Source: Spirochaetia bacterium (GTDB taxonomy: Bacteria > Spirochaetota > Spirochaetia > DSM-2461). Taken from it: DNA of 64,000 bases. This document shows, piece after piece, positions 56,733 through 64,000 of the stretch. Numbering within the stretch: position 1 is the first letter of the stretch; the number at the start of each line of letters is the position of its first letter. The stretch is from the NCBI GenBank assembly GCA_963666985.2, contig CAXXIA010000001.1, forward strand, positions 64,001 through 128,000. The letters are read 5' to 3'. A program made the position numbers and the translations under genes. A model generated the notes under the pieces. The model saw nothing but the letters and a program-made list of their open reading frames with translations, made no database searches and was not told where the DNA came from.

Positions 56733-59700
56733 ATGTTCGAGAGATCAGAGAATGACGGCCGTGAGTTTATCGGCCACGGATATGACGAAGTTATCCAGCT
56801 CCCGGATCTTATAGACGTTCAGCTTTCGTCATACGAGAAATTCCTCCAGCGCGACGCTCTGATGTCAGGCGGAGAACTGAAAAAACAGGGGCTGGAAGAG
56901 GTCTTTCAAAGCGTTTTCCCCATTGAAAGCGCAAACAACGAACTGGTGCTCGATTATGAGTACTATACCCTCGATTTTGATGCGGTCAAGCTGAATCAGG
57001 CCGAATGCAAGCGCAAAGGGCTCACGTTCGGCGTTCCTATAAAAGCCAGGGTGAATCTGGTTTTTCAGGCAACCGGAGAGATACGTCAAAAAGACATTTA
57101 CATGGGCGATTTGCCCCTGATGACCAATAGAGGAACATTTATCATCAACGGCGCCGAGCGCGTGGTGGTCAGTCAGATTCACCGAAGCCCCGGAGTGATT
57201 TTTTCCGAGGAAAAAGGTGTCTATAATTCCCGCATTATCCCTTATCGCGGATCTTGGCTCGAATTTGAGATTGATTCCAAGAAAGAATACATTTACGCGA
57301 AAATCGACAGGAAAAAGAAAATTCTGGGAACGATTTTCCTTCGGGCCCTTGGATTCGATACCCGCGAGAAGATTATCGATATTTTCTACGAAAAAAAGAA
57401 AGTAAAGCTTCAGGCGAAACGCGAGAAAAACGAGGAGCTTGTCGGATCCATCTTAGCCGAAGCGGTCTGGCTGGATTTGGAAAATGGTGAGAAAAAGAAG
57501 CTCTATCGGGCCGCGGACAAACTTCATCCGCATGATTTGGACGAACTCCTTCAGGCCGGCGTAAAGAGTCTGAGCATCATCGACATGGATCATGAGAATT
57601 CTCTTCATTCCGATATGATCCTGGCCTGTTTCGACCGTGAAGAGACACGGTTCAATAAAGACGATCCCAATCAGGACGAACCGACCAAAGAAGATGCTTT
57701 GGCCGCCGTATACAGCGTTCTGATGCCCGGTGAGCCCATCACTCTGGAAGCCGCCGAACGGGATTTGGGATCCATGTTCTTTTCTCCCCGTCGGTACGAC
57801 CTTGGCAGAGTCGGCCGCTATAAACTGAATAAGAAATTTGATCAGGATGAAGCCATCGACGATTTGGTCCTGAATAAGCAGGACATCGTTCTGACGATGA
57901 AGTATCTGATTTCCGTATTTATCGGCGAAAAGCAGGTGGATGATATCGATCATCTCGGAAATCGCCGCGTCCGTTCGGTCGGCGAGCTTTTGGGCAACTC
58001 CCTTAAAACGGCCTTCAGCCGCATGGAGCGCATCGCCAAGGAACGGATGAGTCTGAAAGAAATAGAAACGCTTAAGCCTCAGGATCTTGTTTCCATCAAA
58101 CCCATCGTGGCGGCTATCAAGGAGTTCTTCGGGTCCAGTCAGCTCTCGCAGTTCATGGATCAGGTTAATCCGCTTTCGGAGCTGACTCATAAAAGAAGGC
58201 TGAATGCGCTCGGTCCCGGCGGTCTTTCGCGGGATAGGGCCGGTTTTGAGGTTCGGGACGTCCACTATACCCATTACGGAAGAATGTGCCCCATCGAAAC
58301 TCCCGAAGGTCCGAATATCGGGCTGATTGTTTCTCTGGCAAACTATACCCGGATTAATGACTACGGTTTCTTGGAAACGCCTTATAGAAAAGTCGTCGAC
58401 GGAAAGGCCACCCGTGATGTCGAATACCTTTCGGCCATGGATGAAGAGAAATTTTTCATCGCCCAGGCAAGTGCCGTTCTCGACGAAGAAGGCCGCTTTA
58501 AGGAAAAGCTTGTTTCGGTACACCGGAACGGAGACTATACCGTCAGGAATCCGTCCGACATCAAATATATGGATGTTTCTCCCCGGCAGATTATCTCCAC
58601 GGCCGCTTCTCTTATTCCTTTCCTGGAACATGACGATGCAAACCGGGCTTTGATGGGCTGCAACATGCAGCGTCAGGCGGTTCCTCTGCTTTTCCCTGAA
58701 GCGCCTATCGTGGGTACCGGTATGGAAGGAAAGGCCGCCTACGATTCGGGGGTTTTGGTTAAAGCCGTGAACGAGGGAACCATCTCTTATGTTTCCTCAA
58801 CGCGAATCGACGTAACCCGTACCGATGGGAATGTCGATTCCTACGATTTGGTTAAGTACCAGAGAACGAACCAGGATACCTGTTTTAACCAGCGCCCGCT
58901 CGCTAAATTCGGCACTAAAGTGAAAGCCGGAGACGTTCTGGCGGACGGCCCGTCGACACGGTCCGGGGAATTGGCCTTGGGAAGGAACCTTCTTGTCGGT
59001 TTCGTGCCGTGGAACGGATACAATTTCGAGGATGCGGTTCTTATTTCCGAAAAAGTGGTGAAAGAGGACTACTACACCTCGATTCACATTAAAGAATTCG
59101 TTACCGAGGTGAGGGAAACGAAGCTCGGTCCCGAAAAGCTCACCCGAGACATCCCCAACATGGCGGAAAAGTCTTTGGAACATCTGGATGCCGAGGGAAT
59201 CGTTCGTATCGGCGCCACGGTGAAATCCGGTTCCATTCTCGTTGGAAAGGTAACACCCAAGAGCGAGACCGAAACCACCCCTGAGTTTAAACTCCTGAAT
59301 TCAATCTTCGGCGAGAAAGCGAAGGAAGTCCGGGATACATCCCTGAAACTGCCCCACGGCGTCGGCGGAACCGTCATCGACGTTCAGCGGCTCAAGCGCA
59401 GCGAAGGCGACGATTTGAATCCCGGCGTGGATGAAGTGGTGAAGGTCCTCATCGCCACCAAGCGCAAGCTGAAAGAAGGCGACAAAATGGCCGGCCGTCA
59501 CGGAAATAAGGGTGTTGTCGCCCGAGTTCTTCCCGAAGAAGACATGCCGTACACGGAAGACGGACAGCCGCTGGATGTCTGTCTGAATCCTCTGGGTGTT
59601 CCTTCCCGTATGAACATCGGACAGATCATGGAAACCATGCTCGGCATGGCCGGTGCGAAGCTCGGGAAAATGTACGAGACGCCTGTGTTTCAGTCGGCTT

Positions 59701-60224
59701 CCACGGACGACATCAGCGACGAACTCGAAAAGGCCGGACTGCACAGAGCTTCCAAGATGGTTCTTCACGACGGCTTAACCGGTGTTCCTTTCGTTAATCC
59801 GGTTTTCGTAGGCTACATGTACTACCTGAAGCTTCACCATTTGGTTGACGATAAAATGCATGCCCGCTCCACCGGACCTTATTCTTTGGTTACTCAGCAG
59901 CCGCTCGGCGGAAAGGCTCAGTTCGGCGGGCAGAGGCTCGGTGAAATGGAAGTGTGGGCCCTGGAAGCGTACGGCGCGGCCAACACTCTTCAGGAGCTCA
60001 TGACCATCAAGTCCGACGATATGACCGGCCGTGCGAGGATTTACGAAAGTATCGTGAAGGGGGAGCCGGCCATGAGCCCCGGGATACCGGAGTCTTTCAA
60101 TGTTTTGGTTCAGGAATTGCGGGGATTGGCCCTTGATGTTCGAATATTCGATTCCAAGGGCAAACAGCTGCCGTTCACCGAACGCGATGAGGAACTGCTT
60201 AATCGCCAAGGCGGCAGGTTCTAG
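56733..60224 (+). CDS. rpoB: DNA-directed RNA polymerase subunit beta
   Basis: [36 protein letters not shown] and [16 protein letters not shown]. Confidence 0.98.
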   Translation: MFERSENDGREFIGHGYDEVIQLPDLIDVQLSSYEKFLQRDALMSGGELKKQGLEEVFQSVFPIESANNELVLDYEYYTLDFDAVKLNQAECKRKGLTFGVPIKARVNLVFQATGEIRQKDIYMGDLPLMTNRGTFIINGAERVVVSQIHRSPGVIFSEEKGVYNSRIIPYRGSWLEFEIDSKKEYIYAKIDRKKKILGTIFLRALGFDTREKIIDIFYEKKKVKLQAKREKNEELVGSILAEAVWLDLENGEKKKLYRAADKLHPHDLDELLQAGVKSLSIIDMDHENSLHSDMILACFDREETRFNKDDPNQDEPTKEDALAAVYSVLMPGEPITLEAAERDLGSMFFSPRRYDLGRVGRYKLNKKFDQDEAIDDLVLNKQDIVLTMKYLISVFIGEKQVDDIDHLGNRRVRSVGELLGNSLKTAFSRMERIAKERMSLKEIETLKPQDLVSIKPIVAAIKEFFGSSQLSQFMDQVNPLSELTHKRRLNALGPGGLSRDRAGFEVRDVHYTHYGRMCPIETPEGPNIGLIVSLANYTRINDYGFLETPYRKVVDGKATRDVEYLSAMDEEKFFIAQASAVLDEEGRFKEKLVSVHRNGDYTVRNPSDIKYMDVSPRQIISTAASLIPFLEHDDANRALMGCNMQRQAVPLLFPEAPIVGTGMEGKAAYDSGVLVKAVNEGTISYVSSTRIDVTRTDGNVDSYDLVKYQRTNQDTCFNQRPLAKFGTKVKAGDVLADGPSTRSGELALGRNLLVGFVPWNGYNFEDAVLISEKVVKEDYYTSIHIKEFVTEVRETKLGPEKLTRDIPNMAEKSLEHLDAEGIVRIGATVKSGSILVGKVTPKSETETTPEFKLLNSIFGEKAKEVRDTSLKLPHGVGGTVIDVQRLKRSEGDDLNPGVDEVVKVLIATKRKLKEGDKMAGRHGNKGVVARVLPEEDMPYTEDGQPLDVCLNPLGVPSRMNIGQIMETMLGMAGAKLGKMYETPVFQSASTDDISDELEKAGLHRASKMVLHDGLTGVPFVNPVFVGYMYYLKLHHLVDDKMHARSTGPYSLVTQQPLGGKAQFGGQRLGEMEVWALEAYGAANTLQELMTIKSDDMTGRARIYESIVKGEPAMSPGIPESFNVLVQELRGLALDVRIFDSKGKQLPFTERDEELLNRQGGRF

Positions 60225-60233
60225 GAGGAAGGG

Positions 60234-64000
<3,767 letters not shown>

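Overview
This is a 64 kb chromosomal segment, most likely from a free-living spirochaete (order Spirochaetales). That assignment is inferred from the rfuABCD-type riboflavin transporter, the long PRPP synthetase and the tRNA-Thr-rpmG-tRNA-Trp-secE-nusG block without tuf. The left part holds an ammonium transporter under a sigma54 promoter with an adjacent NifA-like activator, a birA-bioY-ECF biotin uptake operon with a BirA operator, and a speA / agmatinase / deoxyhypusine-synthase-like polyamine cluster. Next comes a ~10 kb cassette bounded by 45-bp direct repeats that duplicate a gene 3' end. It encodes an atypical short glycyl radical enzyme (AACWE / RVWGW motifs) with its activase, a GH57-like hydrolase split by a one-base frameshift, a sugar ABC transporter and a GntR/LacI-type regulator. 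The middle holds initiator tRNA-Met, hisC and signalling genes, a MoxR-DUF58-DUF4129 cassette (also bounded by a degenerate gene-3'-end duplication), clpB, a soluble chemoreceptor, a large HPr-like protein, nudC, argH and an FMN-riboswitch-controlled BMP-type ABC transporter. The right end holds prs, an FGGY kinase and the tRNA-Thr to rpoB-rpoC housekeeping block, with rpoC running off the window. The best candidate for an undescribed system is the glycyl-radical sugar catabolism cassette at 11289-21268. Two candidate small RNAs and a candidate polyamine-responsive leader are also flagged. All family assignments come from motif recognition by eye; no database searches were run.
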